This document shows, piece after piece, positions 1 to 8,713 of a stretch of 23,336 nt of DNA; position 1 is the stretch's first letter, and each line of letters starts with the position of its first letter. Source of the stretch: Abditibacteriaceae bacterium (GTDB lineage Bacteria > Armatimonadota > Abditibacteriia > Abditibacteriales > Abditibacteriaceae); NCBI GenBank assembly GCA_031372065.1, contig JANMKN010000195.1, forward strand, positions 1 through 23,336, read 5' to 3'. A model generated the notes under the pieces. It was not told the origin of the DNA. It ran no database searches and saw only the letters and a list, made by a program, of their open reading frames with translations. The position numbers were made by a program, and so were the translations under genes.

Positions 1-119
1 GAAAATATTCTGTAAAATGACGTTAATTAGGCGATTATATAGAATATTTTCCGTATAGCGCGCCAAATTGCGGCCAATACGGAAATTTTTCCTGATAATA
101 CCGCTATTACTGGTATAAT
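1..119. promoter_or_regulatory. AT-rich region upstream of the integrase remnant with inverted repeats and an extended -10
   Basis: GAAAATATTCT (1-11) and AGAATATTTTC (41-51) are a perfect inverted repeat; TTTCCGTA (48-55) and TACGGAAA (78-85) are a second; TGGTATAAT at 111-119. Confidence 0.5.
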
Positions 120-129
120 AGCGCCCAGT

Positions 130-603
130 ATGAACGAAAACAATCAAACCTTTGACCAAGAATAAACTTTTTAGCTGCCGAAGAAAATGTCGCTCCTCCG
201 CGTGAAATAACGAGGAATGCCTGCCAGTTTCGATGCCGCAGGCTCTGGAACGCAAATATCCCGCGCACCTTTCGATTGGAATTGGCAATACGTTTTCCCG
301 GCGTCCAAACCCTCAATTGGCACCACCAAGGCACACGCAGGCGCCATGGCCCAAGTGCCACCATTTTCTCAAAGACACTCCCCAAAGCGTCCTCAAAAAA
401 AAGCTGCCACTAAAGCGAAAATCACCAAGCGCGCGACGCCTCACACCTTGCGTCATTTTTTCGCCACGCATTTGCCCGAAGCGGGCTACGATATTCGCAC
501 CGTGCAAGAGTTAATGGGGCACAAAGATATTCGCACCACATAAATCTATTTGCACGCCATGAATCGCCTCGCTTGAGGGGCGAGAAGTCCATTGCATTTT
601 TGA
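130..603 (+). pseudogene. intI: Integron integrase remnant (tyrosine recombinase) with frameshifts, premature stops and probable internal deletion
   Basis: IntI-specific segments are split across two frames: [10 protein letters not shown] (from 233), then [15 protein letters not shown], then [14 protein letters not shown], then [57 protein letters not shown] at 541-543 lies just before the catalytic Tyr codon. The 5' limit (ATG 130) is uncertain. Confidence 0.9.
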
Positions 604-658
604 TTCTGGCTATTGGTTATTTCGGTAAAAAGGCTTTTGAACACAGACGCTAAGAAAA

Positions 659-1999
659 TCAAAAACGAAAGCCGCGTCGTGTGGCTTGACTGCGAATGGT
701 GCGCAGAATTTGTTCATCCAGCGCCTGATTAAGGTTCACGTTGCTTTTCTTCAGTTCGGCATTGATGAAATCTTCGCGCTTGCGACCTAATTCGCCGATT
801 TGCTTTTGCAAAGTGCCGCGTTCTTTGTCTTTGGTCGCGATGAATTTCTTTTGTTGATCGGGCGTCATGTTTTGCATTTCCTTGGGCAACTGCTCTTTGG
901 AAATCTTCGCTAAGTCGAAATCTTTTTCTTTGCTGGCATCTACCAAATCCCAGCCGCGATTGTTGTATTGCATTTGCCCTTTGGCCTGCGCTCGCGAGGC
1001 CAAGTTTGCTGTGCCGCCCACGGCTAAAGCATTAGTGTCTTGCGTCACCTGACGGCCTTTGAGCGCCTCGCCGCGTGTGCCGTAAGCGATGTAAGTGCCG
1101 TTGAGTTTGTTGTTTAATTCGACGAAATCTTTATCATACGGCGTGGCAATGGTGACGCCGCCGCCCGTTGCAGAAATTTGCGAAAATTCGCCGCCGCCCA
1201 GCCGCGCCATTTCTTTCCACGTTTCAATTTCGTTGAGTTCGCTTGTCGGCGGCAGATAAGCGACGCGGGTTTTGGCGGTTTGCGGAACAGTGGGCATCGC
1301 TGTTTTGGGAGGGACATTTTTTACTGCCATTGTAGCCGCGATGCTTTTCTGCTGCTGCGTTAGCGTCCCTTGTGCTGGCGAATTAGCGGGAGGATTGGCG
1401 GATGCCTTTGGCGAGGCATTAGGTGGAATGCTTGGTGGCGCGTTTATCACGTTGGGCACGCCGCCCCCATCGCGGTAGCCGCAATAAATCGCGTTGACGA
1501 AAATTTGCTTTTTCAACGCTTCGGGCGCGGAGATTTTATAGCTAATCGGGCCTTGCTCGGCGGTCTCGTTGCCCACTACATAAAGCACGCGCAAAATGTT
1601 GCTGGCGCCGCTGTTTTGCCAATCTTTCCAGTCCATTTCGAGCGTGGTTTTTTGCACCGAAAGGCCAACGTATTCGCTGCCCCAACCTTCGTCTTTGAAA
1701 GTCATCAAATCGGCGTAAACCTGATCGAGATCATCGGTCAGCGGGTAATTGCGAAAAGTGCGCTCGGCGTCGCCGTAGCCATGCAAACCGATGCGTAAAA
1801 CGGGGCTTGGTTTGGCTTTCGCAATTTCGTTGACGATGCTCCAAATTTTCTGCTTGGCCGTGTTAATCACGCCGCCCATGCTGCCCGAACAATCAATGGC
1901 GAAGACCATATCAATGTGCGGGCGCGAGTCCAAATCCTTGGCGTGCAAAGGCAAAGCTGTCAGCAAACAAAACGCGGGGATTGCCCAAAAACGTCGCAT
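659..1999 (-). CDS. Secreted VWA-domain protein
   Basis: Signal peptide (MRRFWAIPAFCLLTALPLHA), MIDAS-type DCSGS motif, GGAGG SD just upstream, internal Pro/Ala low-complexity insert. Confidence 0.88.
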   Translation of the reverse strand: MRRFWAIPAFCLLTALPLHAKDLDSRPHIDMVFAIDCSGSMGGVINTAKQKIWSIVNEIAKAKPSPVLRIGLHGYGDAERTFRNYPLTDDLDQVYADLMTFKDEGWGSEYVGLSVQKTTLEMDWKDWQNSGASNILRVLYVVGNETAEQGPISYKISAPEALKKQIFVNAIYCGYRDGGGVPNVINAPPSIPPNASPKASANPPANSPAQGTLTQQQKSIAATMAVKNVPPKTAMPTVPQTAKTRVAYLPPTSELNEIETWKEMARLGGGEFSQISATGGGVTIATPYDKDFVELNNKLNGTYIAYGTRGEALKGRQVTQDTNALAVGGTANLASRAQAKGQMQYNNRGWDLVDASKEKDFDLAKISKEQLPKEMQNMTPDQQKKFIATKDKERGTLQKQIGELGRKREDFINAELKKSNVNLNQALDEQILRTIRSQATRRGFRF

Positions 2000-2060
2000 A
2001 AAAACCTCCGACTAAACAAAATTTTCGACTTTAAAAAACGCCTGAAGTTGTGTATTGCGA

Positions 2061-2159
2061 TAGCCACGAAAAGGCCCAGAAGACAAAAAAAACCACAAAA
2101 AGCATAGGTAAAGAGGTTTCTCTCCTTGTTTTTTGTGGTTTTTTGCGTTTTCGCGGCTA
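2061..2159. repeat. About 100-bp imperfect inverted-repeat element (MITE-like hairpin)
   Basis: TAGCCACGAAAA pairs with TTTTCGCGGCTA at the termini; inner AAAAAACCACAAAAA pairs with TTTTTGTGGTTTTTT. Confidence 0.8.
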
Positions 2160-2163
2160 TTTT

Positions 2164-2874
2164 TTACGGCAAGCGTTTGATTTGAATATTGCGATACAGC
2201 ACTTTGCTGCCGGGGTCGTGCGCTTGCAAGGCCACAGTGCCTTTGTCTAAAACGCGCGTGAAATCTTTGCCCGCAACTTTGCCTTCGGGTTCGGTGTAAT
2301 CCACGATGGTTTTGCCGTTGACTTCCGTGACAATGCGCTTACCGTTGACCGTGATGTGATAGGTAAACCATTCGTTGTCTTTGGCAGGCGCGTCGGGCAC
2401 CATGAGAAAGATACGATTGGGTTCGATTTTCACGCTCGGCTGATAGGTTTGGCCTTCGGGCACGTCCACTTTATAAACGTCCACCACGTTATACAAACTG
2501 CCGGTTTTGATGCGGTCACCTTGCGTTTGATTGACTTGGCATTCGTAGCCCACTTTCGGCCAGCTATTTTCCTGATACTGTGTGTGAATGTAAACGCCCG
2601 AATTGCTATTCGGGAAGGTCATCACTTCGGCCTTGAACTCGAAGTTGACCAAAGGTTTCTCGCCGATATCGTAAAACAAATGAGCAGTCTTGCCATTGAC
2701 GACGATGCTGCCGTCTTCGACTTTGAAGCTTTCCTTGTTGACGCCCACTTTCCAGCCTTCCAGCGTTTTTCCATCGAAAATGGAAACCCAATCTTCTTGC
2801 GCGTGCGCCACTTGAGGCGTCGCGATTGCCACACAACAGGCCAGCACTGCACCAGCCAACACTTTAAATTTCAT
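2164..2874 (-). CDS. DUF1080 (3-keto-disaccharide hydrolase-like) secreted protein
   Basis: Signal peptide; motifs WVSIFDGKTLEGW, NSGVY, GYECQV, TGSLY, GTVALQAH, VLYRNIQIK. Confidence 0.92.
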   Translation of the reverse strand: MKFKVLAGAVLACCVAIATPQVAHAQEDWVSIFDGKTLEGWKVGVNKESFKVEDGSIVVNGKTAHLFYDIGEKPLVNFEFKAEVMTFPNSNSGVYIHTQYQENSWPKVGYECQVNQTQGDRIKTGSLYNVVDVYKVDVPEGQTYQPSVKIEPNRIFLMVPDAPAKDNEWFTYHITVNGKRIVTEVNGKTIVDYTEPEGKVAGKDFTRVLDKGTVALQAHDPGSKVLYRNIQIKRLP

Positions 2875-2934
2875 AATTCTTGTCCTTGCAAAATTTCAAC
2901 AGCGCGATTTAGACAACGGCACGCTGATTTTAAT

Positions 2935-3600
2935 TCACCTCAAATCATCCAGCCACAATTCGCGCGTTTGACCTTGCTGATTGGCTTGCCAGATGTGCCC
3001 GCTTTCGACGTGCAAACACGACAGCCAGCCGCCGCCATAAGCGCGCGTATCAATGCAAACCGCGTGGCCTTTGTTGTTCGGCAGGCCGCTTTTCTGATTG
3101 GTATGCCCGCAAATCATAATCTTGCCGCTCTCGTGCGGCGGTGGATGGTGAAATCGCTCGAAGAACAAAACAAATTCCGGTTGTTCATCCAGCGGCACAT
3201 CGGGCCATAAACCGGCGTGCACAAAAATGTGGGTTTTTGTTTCATGATAGTTGACTAAACTATTTTCAATCCATTCCCAATGCGCGTCAGGCACATTTTC
3301 AAAACAGCCGCCGTAGGATAGCAATGTTGCCTCGCCGCCCAAGGCCCGCCAATTATCAAGGGCCGAAATTTTCTCACGCGCCTCGCAAAACATTAAATCG
3401 TGATTGCCACGAATCGCAATCAACTGTTCTTTCCACCACATCGAAATCAACAAATCAATCACACCGCGCGAATCTGGCCCGCGATCTGTGTAATCGCCGA
3501 GAGTAATCAATAAATCATCGTCGGAAACCTCTACAAAAGACAGCAAAGTTTCCAGCGCAGTCAAACAGCCGTGAATGTCGCCAATGGCAAGCGTTCGCAT
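2935..3600 (-). CDS. Calcineurin-like metallophosphoesterase (PrpA/ApaH-like phosphatase)
   Basis: Motifs GDIHG, GDYTDRG, RGNHD, FVHAG, CGHT, IDT. Confidence 0.93.
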   Translation of the reverse strand: MRTLAIGDIHGCLTALETLLSFVEVSDDDLLITLGDYTDRGPDSRGVIDLLISMWWKEQLIAIRGNHDLMFCEAREKISALDNWRALGGEATLLSYGGCFENVPDAHWEWIENSLVNYHETKTHIFVHAGLWPDVPLDEQPEFVLFFERFHHPPPHESGKIMICGHTNQKSGLPNNKGHAVCIDTRAYGGGWLSCLHVESGHIWQANQQGQTRELWLDDLR

Positions 3601-3633
3601 AGTGATACTCTATAGAATAGAAAATACGAGACA

Positions 3634-3656
3634 AATTGAGAATGCAGAATTGAGAA
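3634..3656. repeat. Short heptamer tandem repeat (AATTGAG/AATGCAG x3)
   Basis: AATTGAG AATGCAG AATTGAG AA in the gap between divergent genes. Confidence 0.55.
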
Positions 3657-3684
3657 ATTTGCGCTCCGAAAGGGCGCGCTCTTT

Positions 3685-3693
3685 TGCTACAAT
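3685..3693 (+). promoter_or_regulatory. Extended -10 promoter element for pyrF
   Basis: TGCTACAAT ends 6 nt before ATG 3700. Confidence 0.6.
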
Positions 3694-3699
3694 GGAGCG

Positions 3700-4392
3700 A
3701 TGTTTATGAATAATGAGAATCACAAGCGCGTTTTCGTGGCCTTAGATGTGCCATCGGCGCCCGAAGCAAAAGCGTTGGCAAGCACATTGGCCGGACACGT
3801 TGGCGGCTATAAAATTGGCTTGGAATTGTTTTGCTCCGAGGGGCCGCGCATCGTCGAGGAAATCGGGCCATCGGAAGTGTTTTTAGACCTGAAATTCCAC
3901 GATATTCCCAACACAGTCGCGGCTTGTTCGCGCGCGGCGACCAAACTCGGCGTGATGATGTTCAATGTGCATTGCCTCGGCGGACAAGCCATGATGAAGG
4001 CTGCCCTCGAAGCCGCGCGCGAAGAAAACGACAAGGTGCAAGTCATCGGCGTGACGGTTCTGACTTCGCATGATGCCGCCAGTTTGCGCGATATGGGCAT
4101 CGAAGATTTTCCGCGCGATATGGTGCGCCGTTTGGCACGTTTGGCCTGCGAAGCCGGTTTGGATGGCGTGGTTTGTTCGCCGCAAGAAATCAGCGCCGTG
4201 CGCGCCGAATGTGGCAACAATTTCGTCACCGTCACACCTGGCGTGCGGCCCGCCGGCGGCGCATTAGGCGATCAAAAACGCGTTATGACACCGAACGAAG
4301 CCCTGCAACAAGGCGCGACATGGCTTGTGGTGGGCCGCCCGATTACCCATGCTAAAGACCCGGCGCTCGCGGCGCAGAATCTTTTTAATTGA
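3700..4392 (+). CDS. pyrF: Orotidine-5'-phosphate decarboxylase
   Basis: VALD, KIGLELF, FLDLKFHDIPNTV (DxKxxD), GVTVLTS, TPGVRP, DQKRV, VVGRPIT. Start is 3700 or 3706. Confidence 0.97.
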   Translation: MFMNNENHKRVFVALDVPSAPEAKALASTLAGHVGGYKIGLELFCSEGPRIVEEIGPSEVFLDLKFHDIPNTVAACSRAATKLGVMMFNVHCLGGQAMMKAALEAAREENDKVQVIGVTVLTSHDAASLRDMGIEDFPRDMVRRLARLACEAGLDGVVCSPQEISAVRAECGNNFVTVTPGVRPAGGALGDQKRVMTPNEALQQGATWLVVGRPITHAKDPALAAQNLFN

Positions 4393-4405
4393 TGCTTTCT
4401 ATTAC

Positions 4406-4432
4406 GGAGCGCGGGCGTCTCGCTCGCGCTCC
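4406..4432. repeat. REP-like GC-rich hairpin between convergent genes
   Basis: GGAGCGCGGGCG-TCT-CGCTCGCGCTCC, a 12-bp stem with one G.T pair and no U-tract. Confidence 0.65.
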
Positions 4433-4453
4433 ATTGGAGAGCCAGCCAGAAAA

Positions 4454-4933
4454 CTAAAAAGAGCGCGCCATTTTACGACGAAAATAATAACTGGAGGCGA
4501 AAAGGGCAAGTGCGCCGAGTAACGGGCCTGCGCACAAAAAAGCGTGTAAAACCCAACCTTTGTAAGCGCCCATTAAAGTGAGCGCGGTAAGAACCAAAGC
4601 AGGCGTGCCGAGCAGTAAACCACTCCAATGACTCATTAAATATGCGTGCCGCCAGAGTTTTTGCTCTGCCTCGCCGTAGCAATAAGCACTAATCGCACCT
4701 AAAATGCCGCCAATAGGCGCGTGATACATACAAAGAATAATGGCGCCGATTCCCGAACTTTCATCAGCAGGCCCAAATAAGTCATAAAAATTCAATCCAC
4801 CCCCCCGACACGTATTATAAACGATAGTGAACAGCGTAATAGACAAAATCGGCAAGACCACTGCTCCACCCAAGCCCCAAAAAACAAAGCTTTCCCACGG
4901 AAACCGATATTTTAAGGGATTTTCGCTTTTCAT
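4454..4933 (-). CDS. Hypothetical multi-pass membrane protein
   Basis: 159-aa ORF with about four hydrophobic segments that fills the gap; visibly more AT-rich than its neighbours. Confidence 0.7.
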   Translation of the reverse strand: MKSENPLKYRFPWESFVFWGLGGAVVLPILSITLFTIVYNTCRGGGLNFYDLFGPADESSGIGAIILCMYHAPIGGILGAISAYCYGEAEQKLWRHAYLMSHWSGLLLGTPALVLTALTLMGAYKGWVLHAFLCAGPLLGALALFASSYYFRRKMARSF

Positions 4934-4975
4934 CGGACAAGTTGGAGTTTTGAGTTAGATGAAAAGTTCAGCAAC

Positions 4976-5010
4976 AAAAGCGCCCGCCTCAATCTTGAGA
5001 CGGGCGTTTT
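4976..5010. terminator. Rho-independent terminator, possibly bidirectional
   Basis: AAAA-GCGCCCGCCTCAA-TC-TTGAGACGGGCGT-TTT, about 16 nt past the stop of the 5027-5944 gene. Confidence 0.8.
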
Positions 5011-5026
5011 GGATTTTGGTTAGTTT

Positions 5027-5944
5027 TTAGGCACCAGCGTCGTCTTTAGCGCTGTCGGCGGCGCCTTGGGCTTTGTCTTTTAAGTCATGCACTATGCCAG
5101 AAGCGCGATTGCTCAAATCTTCCGCTTTTTTCACGGCGGCCTCTTTTAAATCGGCGGCATCGTGGCTGGCTTTGTTGAGTTTGTCTTTGATGAGCGCGCG
5201 ATTGCGGCGGCCACTGTTGGGTGAAAGCAAAAGCGCGATAAGCGCGCCCGCGAAAACGCCTGCGCCAATCCACATCAATTTGCTGGCCCAATCGGGTTCT
5301 TGGGCTTTTTTCACGGCGTGCGGCGCATAAGGCGCCGATTTATCAATAATGGCGCTGCCGAGTTTCACGCCAAGTTCGCCACCGCGACGCATGGCATTTT
5401 GACGGGCGTTTTCGATGACATCCGGCGCGTGAGCGGCGAGGCCTGCCGCTGCGATTTGAGCCGCTGCTTGCGCGCGTTGTGCCCTTTCGCGGGCCGTGCT
5501 TTGCGCGACTTGAGCAGCTTGCGCGGCGCGTTGCTGGGCGTCCGAAATTTTTTGTCGGGCCATTTTTTGCGCTGGTTCGAGATGATCGTGCGACACTTCG
5601 CCCCATTTCTTGTGCGCGACATCACTGGCGACTTCGACTTTGGCGCGGGCCACATCTTGGGCGTAGTGAGCGCTTTCCGTCGCGCGTTGCGACAAATCGG
5701 CGGCTAAATCGGCGGCTTTGTGGGCCAGCGCGTCCCAAGCGTGGGTCGCAGCTTCGGTGACGCTGTCTTTCCAATCGTGCAAATGCCCTCCCGCCGCTTC
5801 AGAAACGTCGTCATATTTCTCGCGCGCGTTGCCTACGGCTTTGCTGACGGCAGTTGCTGCTTGTGCTGCTTGGTTTTTGATGTTCTCGGCTTCGGCTTGT
5901 GCGCGTTGTTGTGCTTGTTCTCGCGCTGATTTCTTAGACCACAT
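5027..5944 (-). CDS. YtxH-domain, LEA-like Ala/Gln-rich helical protein
   Basis: GVFAGALIALLLSPNSGRRNRALIKDK matches the YtxH signature; long Ala/Gln/Lys-rich helical repeats; GGGAGG SD. Confidence 0.82.
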   Translation of the reverse strand: MWSKKSAREQAQQRAQAEAENIKNQAAQAATAVSKAVGNAREKYDDVSEAAGGHLHDWKDSVTEAATHAWDALAHKAADLAADLSQRATESAHYAQDVARAKVEVASDVAHKKWGEVSHDHLEPAQKMARQKISDAQQRAAQAAQVAQSTARERAQRAQAAAQIAAAGLAAHAPDVIENARQNAMRRGGELGVKLGSAIIDKSAPYAPHAVKKAQEPDWASKLMWIGAGVFAGALIALLLSPNSGRRNRALIKDKLNKASHDAADLKEAAVKKAEDLSNRASGIVHDLKDKAQGAADSAKDDAGA

Positions 5945-6190
5945 GATAATCCTCCCGATTAAAACCTGCTGTTTTAATTCTTACCCATCTTCATCATTGA
6001 GGTAACGCCTCAGCAAATGAAGTGCCGTCAAACGCGGTGGTTTGCTTGGTTTGGGCAGCCGTGAGACGCATTCCGCGCTTTGACGCAGACCGGTTTCTGC
6101 GCTATGCTTTGAGGCGTGTTTCTCCCCGATTTTCCCTGATTTTCGCGGGCGATCACCATTTCAATTTCACCGTTTCGAGGAGTTTTCCCA

Positions 6191-6754
6191 GTGGCAATTT
6201 CCACTGCCGATTTTAAAACCGGCCTGACTATAGAATACGAAGGAAAGGTCTTTCGCATTGAAGAATTTCAGCACGTCAAACCCGGCAAGGGCGGCGCGTT
6301 TGTGCGTTCGCGCTTGAAGAATTTGATGAACGGCGCCACCATCGAAAAAACATGGCGCGCCGGAGAAAGCATGGAGCAGGCTCTTGTTGAGCGCCGCAGC
6401 GTGGACTTTCTTTATCGCGATGGCGAAGATTTGGTTTTGATGGACATGACTGACTATGAAGAAATGCGTCTGCCCGCTGATCAAGTCGGCGCCGCCGTCA
6501 AGTTCCTAAAAGACAATACCACTGTTCAACTGACGACTTGGAAAGAGCGTCTTTTGGAAATGGAACTTCCCCAAGTGATGGAATATGTCATCACGCAAAC
6601 CGATCCGGGCTTGCGCGGCGACACGGCGCAAGGTGGCAGCAAGCCCGCCACGCTCGAATCGGGCGCTGTGGTCACGGTGCCGCTGTTTGTCAACGAAGGC
6701 GAAGTCATTCGCGTTGACACCCGCAGCGGCCAATATATCGAACGAGCCAAGTAA
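6191..6754 (+). CDS. efp: Elongation factor P
   Basis: FQHVKPGKGGAFVR, PGLRGDT, KPATLESG, VPLFVNEGEVIRVDTR; GTG start with GAGGAG SD. Confidence 0.98.
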   Translation: MAISTADFKTGLTIEYEGKVFRIEEFQHVKPGKGGAFVRSRLKNLMNGATIEKTWRAGESMEQALVERRSVDFLYRDGEDLVLMDMTDYEEMRLPADQVGAAVKFLKDNTTVQLTTWKERLLEMELPQVMEYVITQTDPGLRGDTAQGGSKPATLESGAVVTVPLFVNEGEVIRVDTRSGQYIERAK

Positions 6755-6817
6755 AATGCGGAATGTGGAGTGCGGAATGCGAAATCATTCCGCATTCCGC
6801 ATTCTGCATTCCGCATT
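6755..6817. repeat. Heptamer (AATGCGG)n/(CCGCATT)n hairpin, 4+4 units
   Basis: AATGCGG AATGTGG AGTGCGG AATGCGA AAT C ATT CCGCATT CCGCATT CTGCATT CCGCATT; fills almost the whole gap after efp. Confidence 0.95.
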
Positions 6818-6820
6818 CTC

Positions 6821-7888
6821 ATGGTTGACCGGCGCGAAATCATCACTCTTTGCCGTCAAATCGGCAACATGATGGAAGCGGGCGTAGATATTCTACGCAT
6901 CACGCAAGTGCTTCGCGCGCAAACCGAGAACGAGCGATTGTTACGAATTTACAATCAGTTCGACCACGATTTGCGCATGGGCGCCAGCATCGCCGAAGCC
7001 ATGACGCGCGCTTCGGATATCATTTCGCCGTTCATGGTTTCTCTGGTGCGTCAGGCCGAACAACGCAGCGATTTGGAAAGCGTTTCGGCGCACGTTGCAG
7101 CAGCTTTTCTTAAAATAGCCGAGTTTTTGCAGCAAGACCAAGACGCCAAAGAGAATACGTCCACGGCGATAGTCGAAGCCGTTATCTCTTCACCGCTTGA
7201 CATTAGCGCCGTCGCCGATTCAGCCAATACATGGCCTCTCACCTTGCGCGCCATTGAAAATTTCACCGACCGCTTGCAGATGATCGCGCTCCGCGCTCTG
7301 ACGCTATTGGCGGGCTTGCTTTTATCGCTGGCTGCCGTGTGGTATAGCGTTGAAGTGCAATGGATAGAAAAACAATGGCAAAATGTGGTGTTGTGTTCGG
7401 TATCGGCGCTTTTCATTGCAGGCGCCGGCGTGTGGGTGCGCCGCCAAATTGAAAAAGAAAAACAGCAAGCGCAGCGCTGTTCGTTTTGTGGTCATACCAA
7501 TAGCGAAGACACGCCTTTAAGCCCAATTCCGGGCTTTCCGGGCGCCGCCATTTGCGCTCACTGTGCCATTTCGCTGGGCAAAAGCGACGCGAACGCGCTA
7601 AACGGCTTATCCGAAAAACCAGTTGCAAATGCATCACTTCCAACAACACCTAAATCAGCAGCAAAACCAAAAACAGCAGCCAAAACTTTGAGTTTGCAAA
7701 CAAGTGAAAGAACTACTGATCTCTCAAATGTTAACGGCGGCGCCAACGGGAATTCAGAAATAGGAACAAGCAAAACAGAGAATAGCAAGCCCGATAGCAC
7801 GCGTCCTGCGGCGACGCGCCCACCACGCACTACAGGGCGCTCACCAGAGCGTCCTGCGCCCGAAATGGATGAAGCCGATTACGAATAA
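6821..7888 (+). CDS. GspF/PilC (T2SSF)-like N-domain + 2 TM helices + ClpX-type C4 zinc finger + disordered tail
   Basis: LCRQIGNMMEAGVDILRITQVL...DLRMGASIAEAM...SPFMVSLVRQAE resembles T2SSF; RCSFCG...AAICAHC resembles zf-C4_ClpX. Start moved to ATG 6821 because the upstream codons are repeat sequence. Confidence 0.75.
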   Translation: MVDRREIITLCRQIGNMMEAGVDILRITQVLRAQTENERLLRIYNQFDHDLRMGASIAEAMTRASDIISPFMVSLVRQAEQRSDLESVSAHVAAAFLKIAEFLQQDQDAKENTSTAIVEAVISSPLDISAVADSANTWPLTLRAIENFTDRLQMIALRALTLLAGLLLSLAAVWYSVEVQWIEKQWQNVVLCSVSALFIAGAGVWVRRQIEKEKQQAQRCSFCGHTNSEDTPLSPIPGFPGAAICAHCAISLGKSDANALNGLSEKPVANASLPTTPKSAAKPKTAAKTLSLQTSERTTDLSNVNGGANGNSEIGTSKTENSKPDSTRPAATRPPRTTGRSPERPAPEMDEADYE

Positions 7889-7966
7889 CATTGCGAAATG
7901 GTATATTGATAAATGCGTTGACACGGTAAAGTATTTGCATCTTATGGCAAATTCACAGCAGCGCCC

Positions 7967-7990
7967 CCAAGTTATGCTCCAAGTTATGCT
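7967..7990. repeat. Perfect 12-bp tandem duplication
   Basis: CCAAGTTATGCT occurs twice in tandem upstream of the receiver gene. Confidence 0.85.
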
Positions 7991-8075
7991 CGTTGAAAAA
8001 CAGGTGCATTTCACTAAAAAGCATCTAACATCGCATCCGTGCTGCGATCATTGCTAAGGTCATTTTCTCCAACTT

Positions 8076-8432
8076 ATGAAAGTTCTTGTGGTGGACAATA
8101 ACGAAGAATTACGACAATTCCTGATTCAAACCTTACAGGAAGTCGCTATCGAGGCGGTCGGCGCCACTAACGCGCAGGAGACGATGAATCTCGTCAAAGA
8201 AGAAAAATTTGACGGCATCATTATTGACGCCAGCCTTGAAGATGACGACGGCATCACATTGGCCTCACAGGTGCGCGAACAAAAAAACGGCAAAAATGTG
8301 CCGCTCCTCATCATGTCAGACTTTAGCACGCCTCTGGCGCGGCGCATGGCAAAAAGTGTTGGCTGCGACGAAATGTTAGTTAAGCCCTTTGGCGCCGGAC
8401 AATTCATCGAACGCGTGCGCACACTGCGTTAA
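8076..8432 (+). CDS. Stand-alone response-regulator receiver (CheY-like)
   Basis: KVLVVDN, IIID phosphoacceptor, DGITL, PLLIMS, LVKPF. Confidence 0.93.
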   Translation: MKVLVVDNNEELRQFLIQTLQEVAIEAVGATNAQETMNLVKEEKFDGIIIDASLEDDDGITLASQVREQKNGKNVPLLIMSDFSTPLARRMAKSVGCDEMLVKPFGAGQFIERVRTLR

Positions 8433-8437
8433 AGCGC

Positions 8438-8695
8438 TTAAGTTATTAGCAGCACGCGCGTGTCATAAACCTCGCGCACACCACGAATGAGGCGCATATG
8501 ATTCTTCAGCGCATTCATTTCTTTCTTTAAATCCATGCCACCTGCGTGGCCGCGCGGGATTTTCACCTTGCCGGTCAATTCGACATTGCCGTCCACACAA
8601 TGAATTTCCAATTGCGAGACATCCATGCTCGTTTTTGCTAACGCGCTACGGCAGTTTTTAGCCAACGCGCGGTCTTCCATTTTGTTGGAGGCCAT
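8438..8695 (-). CDS. Small BON-like domain protein
   Basis: 85 aa; EDRALAKNCRSAL...LEIHCVDGNVELTGKV...IRGVREV follows the BON pattern; AAGGGAG SD. Confidence 0.65.
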   Translation of the reverse strand: MASNKMEDRALAKNCRSALAKTSMDVSQLEIHCVDGNVELTGKVKIPRGHAGGMDLKKEMNALKNHMRLIRGVREVYDTRVLLIT

Positions 8696-8713
8696 GATGA
8701 TTTCTCCCTTTGA

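Noticed and set aside
2356..3210. 284-aa plus-strand ORF and other long antisense ORFs (9417-10007, 10584-11117, 11741-12268)
   Set aside because: Shadow ORFs opposite well-supported genes, with no motifs.
604..5026. attC sites or integron cassettes to the right of the integrase remnant
   Set aside because: No RYYYAAC...GTTRRRY paired site seen by eye, and the genes have their own signals.
6770..6820. N-terminal extensions such as MRNAKSFRIPHSAF (also on recF 18689-18766 and ORFs 6526-6846, 18690-18884, 21256-21501)
   Set aside because: They are translations of the heptamer repeats.
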